A stretch of DNA of 63,492 bases, the filler included, from Dimorphilus gyrociliatus (taxonomy: Eukaryota > Animalia > Annelida), in assembly GCA_904063045.1 (NCBI GenBank). It is 4 parts of 4 records of this genome, joined end to end, with 100 filler letters (N's around TTAATTAATTAA, not from the genome) between each part and the next. Parts side by side here need not be neighbours in the genome. Positions count along the whole stretch, not along the records: positions 1 to 27,423 come from CAJFCJ010000013.1; positions 27,524 to 44,514 come from CAJFCJ010000200.1; 2 more parts are not named here. One strand, given 5' to 3'. Within the stretch, counting starts at the first letter, position 1. Each line of letters begins with the position of its first letter. A program made the translations under genes and the position numbers. Below are positions 24,223-38,075 of the stretch, piece by piece. The notes beneath the pieces were generated by a model. That model saw only the letters and a list, made by a program, of their open reading frames with translations. It searched no databases and was not told where the DNA came from.

Positions 24223-25844
24223 CAGTATAGGCAAAAAGTCCCCAGCCACCCTTTAAAATTTTTAGTTTTCATATTAAGATATACTGAATAACTACTTTGA
24301 ATTGGTAATAATAATGATTAATATGTAGAAACTAATATCCTTTACAAAAAATTATCAAAAAATTGATTTTCTTTTAAAAAATCCAGTTTTAGTAATTATA
24401 CCTCGAAAAAAGGGGTTAGTTAAAAATGAGTCACCATCTATTTAATCAAAAACTAGGGGGCTAAGCTGCATAAATCAAATAGGAAATTATCTTATTATAA
24501 TTGTATCTTTGGTTATTCAAAAAAATGGTGGTCATTGATAAAGGAATTCGTCGTTTGGTTGTTGAAAAACACCAAGAAGGGCTATCGTTGAATAAAATTG
24601 CCAAAATGCTAAAAATTTCAAGGTTCAGTGCCCAAAATATCTGGAAAAAGTTTCAATTGCATTGTACAATTGAAGATTTACCCAGAAGTGGCAGGCCAGT
24701 CAAATTAAGCAAGCGAGATGAGAGAATATTATGCCTTATATCTAGCAGAAATCCTTTCTGGGGAGCAAAAATAATTTTGTCAGCGTCTAAATTAGCCTCA
24801 ATAATATCCCTATCTACTTGCAAGAATGTTTTAATGAAACAAAACTTGAGAGGCTATGTTGCAGCAAAAAAACCCCTATTAAAAAAAAGGCATTTAATAA
24901 ATAGGAGAAAGTTTTGCAAAAGACTCCTCTCTTGGAACACAGAGCAAATTAATTCAATTGTGTTTTTAGATGAGACAAGGATAGATTTATATCCAAAACA
25001 CAGGCAATTTGTCAGAAGGCATCCAGCAGATAGATTTCAAGCAAAATATGCCATAAAAACATTTAAAGAGGCAAATGGTTCCCTAAATATATGGGGTTAT
25101 ATAAAAAGTGATGGCAGCAGAGGTATACATTTATATAAAAGTAATTTAAATTCCAAAAAATATCAAGAAATTCTTGATAAATCTTTTCTAGAGAATTATA
25201 ATAGGGACCAAGTATTCATGCAGGATGATGCTCCATGCCATACATCTAGGAGTACCTTAAGGTATTTGGATGAAAAGAACATTAGGCACTTGCAAGACTG
25301 GCCAGCCCAGAGTCCTGACCTAAATCCTATTGAAAATTTATGGTCATACCTAAAAGGAAGGGTTGGTAAACATATATGCACAAATGTAGATGATCTATGG
25401 AGGGTAACACAGCAAGAATTTGACAATATTCCAACTGAATATGTTGAAAAATTGTTTAATAGTTTTAAAAAGAGGCTACAGCTGTGTCTTTTCAATAAGG
25501 GTGGTCATACAAGTATTAAAAAGGTTAAAAGTATTATTACTATATTTTCATAAATATTATAATAATTCATGTATACAATTGTAAAGAGTGTCCTAAGGTA
25601 GATTTAAAGTAAAATATTTAAATAAATAGATGGTGACTCATTTTTAACTAACCCCTTTTTTCAAGGTATAATTACTAAAACTGGATTTTTTAAAAGAAAA
25701 ACAATTTTTTGATAATTTTTCGTAAAGGATATTAGTTTATACATATTAATCATTATTATTATCTATTAAAAGTAGTTATTCTGTATATCTTAATATCAAA
25801 ACTAAAAATTTTAAAGGGTGGCTGGGGACTTTTTGCCTATACTG
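24223..25844 (+). mobile_element. Tc1/mariner element 2 with about 222-bp TIRs, inserted in a (TA)n tract
   Basis: CAGTATAGGCAAAAAGTCCCCAGCCACCC at 24223, inverted copy ending 25844, TA on both sides. Confidence 0.95.
24525..25553 (+). CDS. Tc1 DD34E transposase, catalytic triad intact
   Basis: [29 protein letters not shown]. The C-terminus appears extended by a one-A loss in the GHTKY codons. Confidence 0.92.
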   Translation: MVVIDKGIRRLVVEKHQEGLSLNKIAKMLKISRFSAQNIWKKFQLHCTIEDLPRSGRPVKLSKRDERILCLISSRNPFWGAKIILSASKLASIISLSTCKNVLMKQNLRGYVAAKKPLLKKRHLINRRKFCKRLLSWNTEQINSIVFLDETRIDLYPKHRQFVRRHPADRFQAKYAIKTFKEANGSLNIWGYIKSDGSRGIHLYKSNLNSKKYQEILDKSFLENYNRDQVFMQDDAPCHTSRSTLRYLDEKNIRHLQDWPAQSPDLNPIENLWSYLKGRVGKHICTNVDDLWRVTQQEFDNIPTEYVEKLFNSFKKRLQLCLFNKGGHTSIKKVKSIITIFS

Positions 25845-25849
25845 TATAT

Positions 25850-26550
25850 ATAAGCTTTTGTTGGTGGATTACAGCTTCAAAACAAGGTATGTATTGCGGA
25901 TACTTTTAATAAATGGTACTTATTCTTTATCTCTATTCTTAAGATCGGAAGCTTATAAATGTGGCGTCCAAGATGAATGGCGCAACATGTCAGGCTTCTG
26001 ACATATTCATCCCTAATCAATGGAATCACTTTTGGCTTTTATGGTCTGATAATGAGATACAATTTGGTTCAGGTAGAGCCTATGGTCAAACCATTCTGGC
26101 AAGAATACCATCAACAACACCTTTAGACATAAGGCAGATTCTTTTGAAAAACTCTATAGAGAATGTCTCAAATCTGGTTCAAATATCAGATAAAGGTTTG
26201 TGTAAAATATACTGCAAAGTAAACTGCAAACTAAGAAACGTTTTGCAGAGGGAAAAAATGTAATTGTAAAAAAATTAATAAAAAATAATTCGAAAGAATG
26301 CCCAACTGACCAAGACTCTGATATTTCTGATGGATTGTTGGACACGTGTATGGCTATCAAATCTCAGAGAGCTGCGTTTAGCTATAAATTGATGAATAGA
26401 AAACAAGCAATGCTGAATACATCTAATCTTGTTCTAGCTTTCAAGAAAACCCAATCATTGACTGCCAATTTCGATGTATACACAAATTATTTAACGGAGA
26501 AAACTGGTAATGAAAAAATGAAAGAATGCCTACTGGAAAAATTTATTGAT
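25850..26550 (+). CDS. Exons of an extracellular protein with a farnesoic-acid-O-methyltransferase-like (CPAMD8-type) domain; partial
   Basis: NQWNHFWLLWSDNEIQFGSG..PSTTPLDIRQI resembles the FWI-W..I-VG pattern of that domain. The upstream part is cut by the Tc1. Confidence 0.4.
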
Positions 26551-27423
26551 AAGAGTTCATTTCTCCTGTATTATTTCCACTGCAAAAGCCTTGATACAAG
26601 TATAACGGATGTCCTGTCCTTCACATTCATATATTCGTTGAACAATCTATTGATACCAGTAAATTGTACTTTTGTGAATTGTTTTACAATGATTAGTTAC
26701 CTGTCTTTTATCATTTCCTCTCTCAAAAATCATACCAATAATATGTATTGAGTAAATGAGTTTCTAGTTCTAAACTAGCAAGTTTCAACAACCAGCTGAC
26801 AGTTAACGAGCTAAACTGACCAGCTGGGGAAATGCATTTTCTTTTATACATTTCGCAAAGCTTGAGTTCAATTGGTCAAAGGATTACAAAGTTGAAATCT
26901 GCAAGTCTCATAATTCTTAAATAACAAAATATGAAAGATTGTTATATCACACATATAAAATAGTCTTCAGATTAAGGCTTCATGTTGAACAACAAGCCTG
27001 CCTCTTCAGCATCTGGTATTGAATAAGATGTGAGAACATTGACATGCATCGTTTCCATGTTGTTTGTTTCTTGCTAATTCCATAGTGGCTCCATCTAATA
27101 TGGGCAAAGAATCTATTTCCTACGAAATAGAATTCTTTCCAAAATTCTAGAATCTAATTCTACAAAATAAAAGTCTTTTTAAAGTTCGATTTTTACAATT
27201 CCCACAAAATAGAAGCATTTCTAAAGTTCTCCAATAAAAGAACTGTTTGAAGAATTGTGTCAAGTGTCAGTAAACTATTCAGAAAATGTAATTTTCAAAG
27301 TAATTTCCTTTTTAACCAATGTCTGAAAAGACAAAGCCAAAAACATGCAATAATATGACAAAATTGTAAGAAAAAACCTTTTCCATTTTCTTATATTAAA
27401 AAAATTAAAGACATTCCTTGAAT

Positions 27424-27523
27424 NNNNNNNNNNNNNNNNNNNNNNNNNNNNNNNNNNNNNNNNNNNNTTAATTAATTAANNNNNNNNNNNNNNNNNNNNN
27501 NNNNNNNNNNNNNNNNNNNNNNN
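27424..27523. other. Artificial contig linker
   Basis: 44 N + TTAATTAATTAA (stop in six frames) + 44 N. Confidence 0.97.
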
Positions 27524-29249
27524 AACGATTCAAATAAATCTAACTTTGGATGGAAGTTCTATGATGTATACTTATATTTATTGATGTGCAAATAAAATTT
27601 TAACGCAGCAATGTTTTGAGCTATGATTGTTTGATTTCGAAGTTTTACTATTAAATTTTTGTCTAAAATGGTAAATTTGTTAGGTTTTTACCGAAAATTA
27701 TAATACAATCGAAGAAGATTAGAACCTAAGACAGAGATTGCAAATTCTTTAAATCAAAAGAAGAATTAAAGAATAAATACTACACTAATAAAAGCACATA
27801 CTTATTGGATAGAGCTAGGTCCCATTTTATACTTCTATATTCGTATCTTACCAGTCTTAAATACTATTAGAACTGTATCAGAAGGTTTTGGTTTTTTAAG
27901 ATACATGTTTCCTTTGTCTATTGGAGAAAATTAGTCTTTTTCTGAGCAAAAGGGTGTTTTACTTTACTATTAAGGTCCAAAAAGGAATTTTTGCTTAAGG
28001 TATAATTCTCATAGTTTTACAATATAAAAAGTATATTTTTTAGAAGGTTAAAATAAATATAAACGATTTTACGGTGGATTATAGAACCTTATAACTCAAA
28101 AAATAAAAAGAATTTTATATGGAGAAAAGGTAGATTAGTTTTTTAAAATGCTTTATGTATTACTAATGATTGTTTTCTACTTTATGATTTATTCATAAAT
28201 ACAGTTAAGGTGAATACAAATAATTATGATCTCATTCATGTTATCATGCTAAATAACTCTCAAATATGTACTTCTCATTTTTTTATTGTGGACATATCGT
28301 CGTTATTAAATCTTTTGTTATATCTTAAGTTTCTTTAGTGAAATTAATTGTTTAAGAAGTTCGCCTGATATATTACATCCTTATGATTTTAATTCTTGAA
28401 TACTCGACATTTAATGTGATTCTTTGAAACCGTAGGTATTTAAGTACTCTTTTTGGCATTTAAATTAATTTTTCCAGTTTTTTTAGCGAACCTAACAGAT
28501 TAAGAAGTCCACTAAGTAAATTATATCAAGTTCACCATTTCAGATATTTCTTTAAAGTCTACAGTATGAAAGTTTGGGGTCTTTTCAAATATGAAATCTT
28601 TATAAGTTAAAGCGAGCTTAATCGTTCAATAAGTTCGGTCTACAGATTATAAGACCCTTTTGTAGCTCTTGAAGAGCTAAAATTTCAGACATCCCTTAAA
28701 AGATCAGTATTATTTATCATTTATCATTTTCAAAACAATTTAATTTCCTTATTTTTAAGCATTCTAGCTATTTAAGACGTACCTTTGATAACTTACAGTT
28801 TTATAAATTTAATTACTGAAGATTTTTCATTTGTAATGTTATTCTGAAGTCCTTACAACTTAAAAAGCTTTTATTTGGTAAATTCGGATTTTATTAACTT
28901 TTCTAAAGTCTTTAAATTTAGAATAATGTTATGCACCCTATAAAGATTATAAATATAAAACTATATAAATATCTTTTTAATATTGAGTCTAATTCGATAC
29001 CAAAACTTCTAAATTAAGCTATTAAGTTGATTAAAAGTAGAAAAACGGTAATAATAGATGTTAAATTAGATGTATTTAAGTAGTATAGAATTGAATTGCA
29101 GATGTTATATTGGTCTATTTTTATTTTCAAGTAATTTCACTAACCAGGCTATTGGATTCGATAATAAATATACAGCATTCTTGTATAAAATAAAACATCG
29201 ATATATTGATGTTTCGGTGAGATGTTATTTATTCTAAAAGTGTATTTTT

Positions 29250-30120
29250 ACAAGTAATAATCTTAATTTGTGATTTGTACCTTCCTAAAAACATAATAGA
29301 CTAATCATCAGAAATTTTTTTAAACCTGGCTATCCTTTTTAAGTTTAGAGTTTATATTCAGCTAGCATATTTTATGGTTAAAAAGGAGTTTTAGATAGCC
29401 AAGCAGAATCTGAAAGGCCAGATTTAATAGCTCGAATACTTAAATTAAGATTATACGAGTTTATAAAAGATATAATAAAAAATAAAATATTTGGTAAGAT
29501 ATAGGCTGTTATATACACCATTGCCCAAAAAAAATAGTTCCTCCTTATGTTCACATTTTAATTATTTTTAATAAAAAATGAATTAGAAGCAACCGAGTAA
29601 ATAAATGAGGTAGTATTTGCAGAAATATCATATAATAATAATGTTTTAGATTCTAGAGTGCTCAAGAATATGATATATAATTTAAACATGCATGGAAAAT
29701 GATGTTTCCATCAAGGTATATCCTAATCAACATTGTGAGTATCCTAAAGATGAAGACAGTTGTTATCCCACTCATATGCGAAGGAAGGGGCTGAATATAA
29801 ATATAATAAATACATAATAGACAATAGACATGTTGTTCCATATAACAAATACTTATTATTCAAATACAATTGTCATATTAGTCTGCTCTAGTATAAAATC
29901 AGTAAATAAAGGAAATCTTCGAATATGTATATAAAGGTTATGACTGTGCAAATATTAAATTATTTAATGGTAATGAGATTGAGCAGTATTTCAGTACCAG
30001 ATATATGAGTGCTCCAGAGGCCAAGTGTAGACTTCTGGAGAGCAAAAAGCATGATGAATTCCATACTATCATTAGATTGCCTGTTCATATTCCAAAGCAA
30101 CAAAATGTTATATTTAATAA
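29250..30120 (+). pseudogene. Helitron Rep (HUH) domain relic
   Basis: RPDLIARILKLR..KIFGKI, DNRHVVPYNKYLLFKYNCHI, YVYKGYDCA, RYMSAPEA, IRLPVH, with many stops and frameshifts. Confidence 0.85.
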
Positions 30121-32159
30121 GGAATAACAGAATAAAGTTTAATTTAAATTTATGGTACGTCTCTTAGTCAAAAAGGGGAAATAAATGTCTTTAAACTGAA
30201 AATCCTTTGTATTATACACTTGATTTAGTCTTTGGAAGAAAATACGAAGGAATTTAACAAATAATGCTCCTGAAGTGTGGACAGTTACACCCAAATATAG
30301 AGAAATATTCTGTTTTAAAGAAATAACACCTGAAATGAAAATAGAAGCAGATAAAAATGTAAAAGAAATCCAGGAATTAATAAAAAATACTCTAGAAAGT
30401 AAAACTGAGTTTTCAATAAATTAATAAAAATAAATTGAATATTGTTGTATACCAAAGCACGTTAATGTAAAACAATATACTTTTCTTGTAAATATATAAT
30501 ATTTATATATGTTTTTGAGACAGTATATAGAAAATCTCAAGTTTTATGACCAAAATAAAAAAAAACAATAAGAGAAATATTGAGCTGTTAGCTTTCAATA
30601 TAAGACTCCTAAAAGGTGACTAGAAGATGCAAACAGGCTTGGAAAGGGTGAAAAAACGCTAAAAGCTCAAAAAATATCCTGAAAAAGATTAATAGAATTA
30701 TAAAACTAGAAGAGAAAAGTAGTAGTTTAGAAATTTTCAGGAAAAGCATAGCTGAGCAAAATTCCAAAAGTCGTTAAGCCAAAGAAGAAAGATTCTCTCA
30801 AAAATGCGAAGTTCTAAATTAAAAAATACATTAAAAAGTATAATAGTAGCAGATTAGAAAGAATCTAGAAGTTATATTTAAAAAATTAAGCAGCATAAAC
30901 ATCTCGTAATATTAGAAACAATAGAAAGTATTTTTGATTTTTTTTGGAAAATAAAATACTAAATATTTTATTACGTGCAACATTATTATAAAAAATAACC
31001 ATTAGAAGATATAAACTAAGATTATACCCCATGAAATTGCAATTTCAAGGCAATGCACAAAAAAGTAACGGATAAGAAAAATCAAGCGAATAAAAGAAAA
31101 CAGAAGTTTAGAAAACTGTGAGATTTTAAAACCATATTTTGAGCGAGCTAAGGAAGAGTTGTGTTTACTAGAGTACAACAAACATATTTCGGTGCTACAT
31201 AAACGATGTTAATAATCTTTTAGAAAATTTAATAAATTCTTTAAGATAAAAAGCTGTTTTTTTGTTATATCTAGCACATCAATAAGACCACTACCTAAGT
31301 AAAGATTAACGGTTGATAATAATGACCTTGGCATTTCCACTTAAGAACATAATAGAAATAAATATGCGCTAAAGGATTATAATACTATTAAAAAATATAA
31401 AAGTTTTGTTTCTTATTTTAGAACATAATTTTCGTAAATAAAAAATATAGCAACTCTTCTATAGTAATAATGGCGCTAAATTCAGAAAAATAATATTGAA
31501 AATATCTAAATTGGTTTAATTTAGCTTATATACATGGCATTCCGTATTACATATTCATAGGATAAAAGCGATATTATACGATTAAGTCTTCATCCTTCCT
31601 CTTTTGTACTCAATCACTCTGCCTGGTATAAATGAATTGGTATAATTATATATTATTATGATTATACTGTTTTTAAAAAAAACAGTAATTAAAGCTTTTT
31701 TTACTTAATTAAATCCAAAATCATCGTAAAATAGTTAGAATACAGCAATATATATTTCTGATAAAACAAAGCTAGGTTTATAAAACTATTAAAAACATAT
31801 TATAGAGTATTCTCTCATTGATAAGCTTATATTGATTTAACTATGTCCCCTGTTTGCACGAAGATCTGCCTTTGAACCACTTGATTCATTTCAATTCTGT
31901 TTAGTTTTTTCTCCTTAAATGAAGCAGTAAAAACTTTCATTCAATTTTTATAATTTATTTTTTTAATAAAAAAATTATTTTTTAGTATCCTTTTATTCTA
32001 ATTTTATGATATAATAATATGTAAATATAGTTTTAAATAATTTTTATTTATAATGTTATCTTTATAAAACATAGGGGTTAATTTATATTTAAATATGTCA
32101 CATTAGTTTAATAATTTAATGAATGGTAATAATTAATTATAAAAATATTTTAGTACAAT

Positions 32160-33686
32160 CTATTTAATTATAAATATGTATTTTAAGTATCCGGGCTTTA
32201 CTCTACTATTAGTGACATCTTCTCTGTCAAAAAATTCTTCTGTTGCTTTTATTAATGAGACCGGGTATTCTGCTTCCAGCTCCACTATTAAACTTTCCAC
32301 AAGTATTCTCATAACTGTAATTATTTCAATTTTCCTTGGTATAATCGGGACATCAGCAAAAAAACTAGGAAAGAACATATCAACAAGTTGTCTATTCCCA
32401 TCATATTGTAAGATTTGTATTTATCTACTTCACTATATAAACTAAAAATTGCTGCTAAGAACTTTCTTCTCTCACCGTAGAGAGAACCTCTTAAGTATTT
32501 TGAAAGTTCCTTAAGATCGCCTTGTTTATTATTCATGAAGGCGTGGAATAAAGATTCTGTTACTTGTCTGGTCAATATACCACCCTTAATCTCTCTGAAG
32601 TAGTATTTTAATGCAGAACATAAATCGAACATGTCATATTTATTAAAGTCTATCTCTTCTTTTGGATTATCCTCTATTCTCCTTGCAAGCGCCTCATATA
32701 CATTTTTCTCGCCTTCTACTCTGAACATGTTAATTACCTTACAATTTTTTTTTATGTAATTAATGAGCTCGTAAATTTGTGGTGATGCATAAAAGTCATC
32801 ACCTTGCAAGCTCTGTCCATGCATAAACTTATCATATGCAATTTTAGTTTTTTTCTTTAGGGGGAATTTTAAATTGTTATTTAAATAATTTCTTAACATA
32901 TGTTGTGAATATTTGAAAATTTTTTTTCTTCATACTTGTTAAGCTTACTAGAGCTTTCAAGATTTGCCTCATCTAATTTTTCTGTAAGCACAACATCCGT
33001 ATAGAAGCGATATTGTATTTTCAACTCATATGAGTCGGACAGTATCTTCTGGTCGGCTTTATAGCCCATGTCCTTGTCGTTAGAATACCACTTTTTACCA
33101 TATAGTGATGGTTCAGTGTCATACTTACTAATGTAACTAATTATTTTTTTATCATGTATATCAGATACAAGAAATTTCCTGTATTTAGCTTTTTCTAGAT
33201 TTTCCTCTGTAACGTTATCCTCTTCTATGATCTTATATAAAGTGTATTTATTAATATCAAACTTTTTGTTAGAACCTTTAATATCATTTGTTTTTGAATC
33301 ATTATTAATGAATTGTATTGGAAAAGATTTACCACCAACTTTTTGTGTAGTATCTATAAAATCCTTTGAGAGATTTTCAATTGATTCATTCAGAAGATCA
33401 GCTTCTCCAGCAGTAGAGAAGTTATTTAATCTAGAGTTGTGTTCTTTTTGTTTACAATGCTCTTTAACTTCTAAAGAGATCTCTTCACCATTACTTATAA
33501 ATGAGCTTGAAACAGAGCAACTATCATTTTGTGCTTTAGATACTTGTCCTTTCAAACCATCAGTCATCTCATTGTCTTAGTACAGTGATTATCATTGTCA
33601 GTGGAGCCACTGACAAATGATGCACTGCTACTCTCAGCAGAAAGTTTTTCGTAGAAGTTTATTAATTCTTTTATTTTGAAAGTCAT
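32160..33686 (-). CDS. RhoGAP-domain protein, apparently intronless, split by three single-base homopolymer frameshifts
   Basis: MFRVEG (arginine finger), DLCSALKYYFRE, YNMM..NL. ORFs 33686-33570, 32893-33567, 32321-32899 and 32160-32378 join if one base is added to an AA, A8 and TT run. Confidence 0.8.
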
Positions 33687-34989
33687 TAAGGGATCAATTT
33701 TGAAAATCTTTTTATGATAAAACCTGAAACAAAATTTTTCAAATTTTTAATTAATTTTAAAAATTAAACAAAAATGTAATTCAAAAAAGTCATCTTTTTC
33801 ACTTATTTAGAATTTTGATATTAAAGATCAAAAATCAAAAAATATAGAAAATTGAGTTTTTTGAATTATTTTGAAACTTCTTTTTTTACTATTTTAGAAT
33901 TTAATATAAAAATAAAAAAAGTGTTTTATATAATTTTTATAATATATTTTTATTATTTTAAAAGTTCAACTGTTTCACTAATTTAGAACTTGATATTAAA
34001 GATCAAAAATCAAAAAAAATTTCAAAATTCAAAATTCAAATTTTTTACTAATTTAGAAATTGATATTAAAAATAAGAAAAAATCATTTGTATTTCAAAAA
34101 TTGATAAATAAGCCTTTTTTATAACTTTGTTTATTTGAAAATATTTTCTGTAAAAAAAAACAATAAAATAAAGTTTTTAAAACCTATCTTATTAAGTAAA
34201 GATAAGTCTCTTTTATTTATCACAAAAGGTGTTTATTTATAAAATAAAATGTAAAGCTTTGAAAAAGTTCTATAAATGGATGGTTTATAAATATTTCAGA
34301 TACTTGTGTATTATATCTTTCAATACTAAATTCTGAAAAAATAATAATTAAAAAACATTTTTATTATTATCCTAACAATATTTAACCCTATCCTATTATC
34401 GTACCATATTCATATATATATTTTTTGCTAAATCCTGACGATTACACTTGGTGAATTAATTTTGAGTTATAATCTTTTTCACCTTCTGTCATATATACCA
34501 ATAATATAATTTATATTCCTTATATAAACACCTATTTTCTTGATTTAAAGGTTTTGTATGCTCAAATTCTTACCATCTAGTGATGTTTTACATCTTTCTT
34601 TGTTAACTACTTATTATTTTCTTTAATTTGTAAAATAGCTTATTTCAAGAAGCAATAAGTCTATTTTTCATACTTTGTTAATTATTTATAAGTTTGAGAT
34701 TCGTGTTTGTATACCGTTGCTGCCTAAAGTCATGTTATATTTATGAAACATAGGTGGTTAATTAAAAGCTAACATATAGCATAAAATGGATGAAAAGGGA
34801 ATTGGGTACGGCTATATTTGTTTCTTAGAAAAATAAAGCTGTTTCTAGATTTAAAACGTTTTTTTATTAATTTTTATTAGAGCAAAGTTTTAAAAAAAGG
34901 ATTTTCCATTTTTAGAAATAAATAATCATTGATATTCAATTTTACATTTGGTTTTATATTACTAAATCTTGTTTTCAAATAAGTTTTGA

Positions 34990-35570
34990 GCCATTTACAG
35001 TAGTTTTCATATTCTGAATGTATTTTTCTCTGTTTTTAAGGGGATAAACACATCTTTGTGTTTAGAAGTAAAATAACCATATTCAAGTAATTTTAATCCA
35101 TTATAGCCTTTCTAATCGTTAGTTATAATAACTGAGTACTCTTCTAAATTTTTTGTGATTGTTTTAGATAGTGTTTCTTAATCTCTTTTTGCGACAAGCT
35201 CAAAGAAAAACTTTTACGTAGCTCTAAAGAAACCACTTACTACCCATATATACTCTATTAGTCCTCCTTTGTTGCCTTTTCTTTTACTAATGACACTATC
35301 ATCAATTTCAACGATTCTACCAAATCCTCCTAACTTTTCTGAAAAGTCATCATAGCGTCAGCGAATAATTTTAAAAATACTACTTTATGATATTTTGATA
35401 ATGTTATACACATCATAGATCTGAATTGGTGGTGTTTTAATACTCCATTGATGTATTATAAAAATATGCTTTTTTTAAAATAAGACATCTTACGTATAGA
35501 TACTTCCATATTATTGCATGTTTTTGTTTTAAATAGCCAGATGTGACTATCCATATTATAATGTGGTACC
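34990..35570 (-). pseudogene. Merlin (IS1595/ISXO2-like) transposase relic
   Basis: KLGGFGRIVEIDDSVISKRKGNKG..WVVSG..IITND*KGY with in-frame stops. Confidence 0.8.
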
Positions 35571-36591
35571 AAAACCATCAACATTTAAATATAGACTTTT
35601 TTTTCAATAAACCTAAATCCATCATCCAAGACAAAAAACTGCTTGGATCAAATAAAATATTTAATAACTACAATCTGAAAATACCATTGGGCCATATTTT
35701 AAACAAATATAACTATGCCCTAAAAGTCCTTTTATCTAATTTTACTTTTAACTAGAGATATAACTGTTTTATAGAGTTTATAGTTTACGCCATATTGCTC
35801 AAATATATCTATATTGGAGTTATTATGGACCATTCAAGGATTAATTTTTTTTTGAGTGGTGCTTTTATTTTAATAAAAACAGGGCCATCACGAATCGAAA
35901 TCTCACTCTCACGACATTTATTTGGTTTTAACATCCGAATTAAGCCATTTATGTTATAATATTCTACTAAATTTCTATCAGTTTTATATTTTTTACAGAA
36001 TGATTTTTTTTCAAAATATTCAATTTAATCAATCAAGAAAAAACAATACTAAAATCAGTCACTTTTTCTTGCAATAACAACCTCGTTATTAATATTAAAG
36101 GGTAATATAATCCGATTTTAAAGGACCTGAAAGCAACTTTTATCGAAAGTTGATAGAATAAATGCTAAAATAGATATATTACTTACTCAAAGATATCATG
36201 TCTATTTGATTAACTTTATATCAATATTAAAGCCTTTTTATTCTCAAAAGCTTTATATTATTCCTTGATATTTATTCTTTTTTAATATTAAACTAGCAGA
36301 ACAGGTATTGTCACAACGAATTTACTATTTTTAGTAAATATAAAATTAAGAAAAAAAAGTTTATTAATATAATATTATTGCTTTAAAATTCACTTTTAAA
36401 CACTTTTTCGTACAAATAGATCAGTTTTATTTTGAATCATAAAAAGCCCCAATTATGACGACAAATTATAGATATAGTCAAACACAACTGAATTATAATA
36501 TTATTAACAAATTAGAAACTAATAATGCGATAACGTTGAAGATGCTTTTAATATCATAATTCATGATAAAATAAATCCAAAACCATATATA

Positions 36592-38075
36592 CAGTAGGGG
36601 AAAAAAAAATGAAAAAAAATAATTGAATGAAAAGTCATATTTTACGATGTAATTAAAGCAATATTTATATTATGTTTTCATTTATATATGGATAAGCTAT
36701 TCAAATAAATTTTTCTCCTTGGTTCTAGTATTGTTTTTTAATCAAAACATCATAAAAATATCAACGAATTGCTCCTGATGGGGAAAAAAAAATGAAAAAT
36801 TTTAAATTAATAAGAAATATGGTGTCCTTTATTTCTAATACATTCTATTATTCTTTTATTCATTGAAAGACATAGATTTTTGCACAAATCACTGCTTATA
36901 TTATTCCAAAGCTCATAATTTTTGACTTTAATTCATCGCCAGTAGAGAAGGATAAACCTCTTAATTTGTACTTGAGAATAGACCAAAGGTTTCAATAGGA
37001 TTCAAATCAGGAGACTGAGAGGGCCAATCTAACACATCAATATCGTTTGTCTTAAAATACTCCTTTGTCAGTCGACTTGTGTGTTTTGGATCATTATCCT
37101 GTTGAAATTTTAACCTGTTTACACCTATTTTTCTTTTATAAAGGTAAATTAGTAGCTAGTATATGTACGTACTGTACTGCATCCATTATTCCATCAACAA
37201 AATGTAACTTCCTACACCTTCATAGCTAAATGATCCCCAAACCATCAATTTCTTAAATCCAAATTTTTTAGTAAAGTTTAGAGGTGTCTTATCAGAGCTT
37301 TCTTTCCATACTTTGAACCGACCAGAGTCATTATAGTAAGAAAATGATGTTTCATCGCTAAAAAAAACATCATTCCAGTAATTTTGACCAAGAAACAACC
37401 ACTTTTTGTTACCTCCAATCTTCTCTTTATATGAATGGGTTTGAGAAAAGGTTTTTACTGGGATAACAGCTTTAAACCCATTTTTATTTAAAAAGTTTCT
37501 TATTGTTCTGGGATTCACAGCCAAACCTGTATTATTTTCTATATTTCTAGCTATTTTAGGACTAGAAATCAAACTATCATTTTTGATCAAAGACTTAATC
37601 ATTGATAAATGCTTTGATTTAAGAACTTTGGGCCTGCCAGAACCAAGTTTTCTATCAGTATTATTATGCTGTTGAAATTTAGTGACTATTCTACTGATAG
37701 TCGATACACTAACACCTGTTTTTATCGAAATTTCTTTATAAGTAAACCCCTCGTTTCTTAGTGTAAGAACCTGACCCTTGACTACAGAAGAATAGTGATT
37801 TTTCATAAGGGTCATATATACGAAGTTTTTTCATATGATTATGGAGGGAAATTTGACTTTTTTAAATTTTTCATTTTTTTTTCCCCATCAGGAGCAATTC
37901 GTTGATATTTTTATGATGTTTTGATTAAAAAACAATACTAGAACCAAGGAGAAAAATTTATTTGAATAGCTTATCCATATATAAATGAAAACATAATATA
38001 AATATTGCTTTAATTACATCGTAAAATATGACTTTTCATTCAATTATTTTTTTTTCATTTTTTTTTCCCCTACTG
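36592..38075 (-). mobile_element. Tc1/mariner element 3, about 215-bp TIRs with inner direct repeats; transposase 37815-36807
   Basis: CAGTAGGGGAAAAAAAAATG termini, TA duplication (36590-91, 38076-77), [26 protein letters not shown]. Frameshifts map to A-runs. Confidence 0.95.

Noticed and set aside
27468-27479. TTAATTAATTAA as a biological motif (PacI-like or terminator)
   Set aside because: Centred in exactly 44+44 N three times; a pipeline linker.
30130-32100. Purine-rich decayed coding-like stretch
   Set aside because: No motif I could assign with confidence; left unannotated.
32160-33686. RhoGAP as a true pseudogene
   Set aside because: All three breaks are single-base homopolymer contractions and I saw no independent nonsense codon, so consensus error is more likely.
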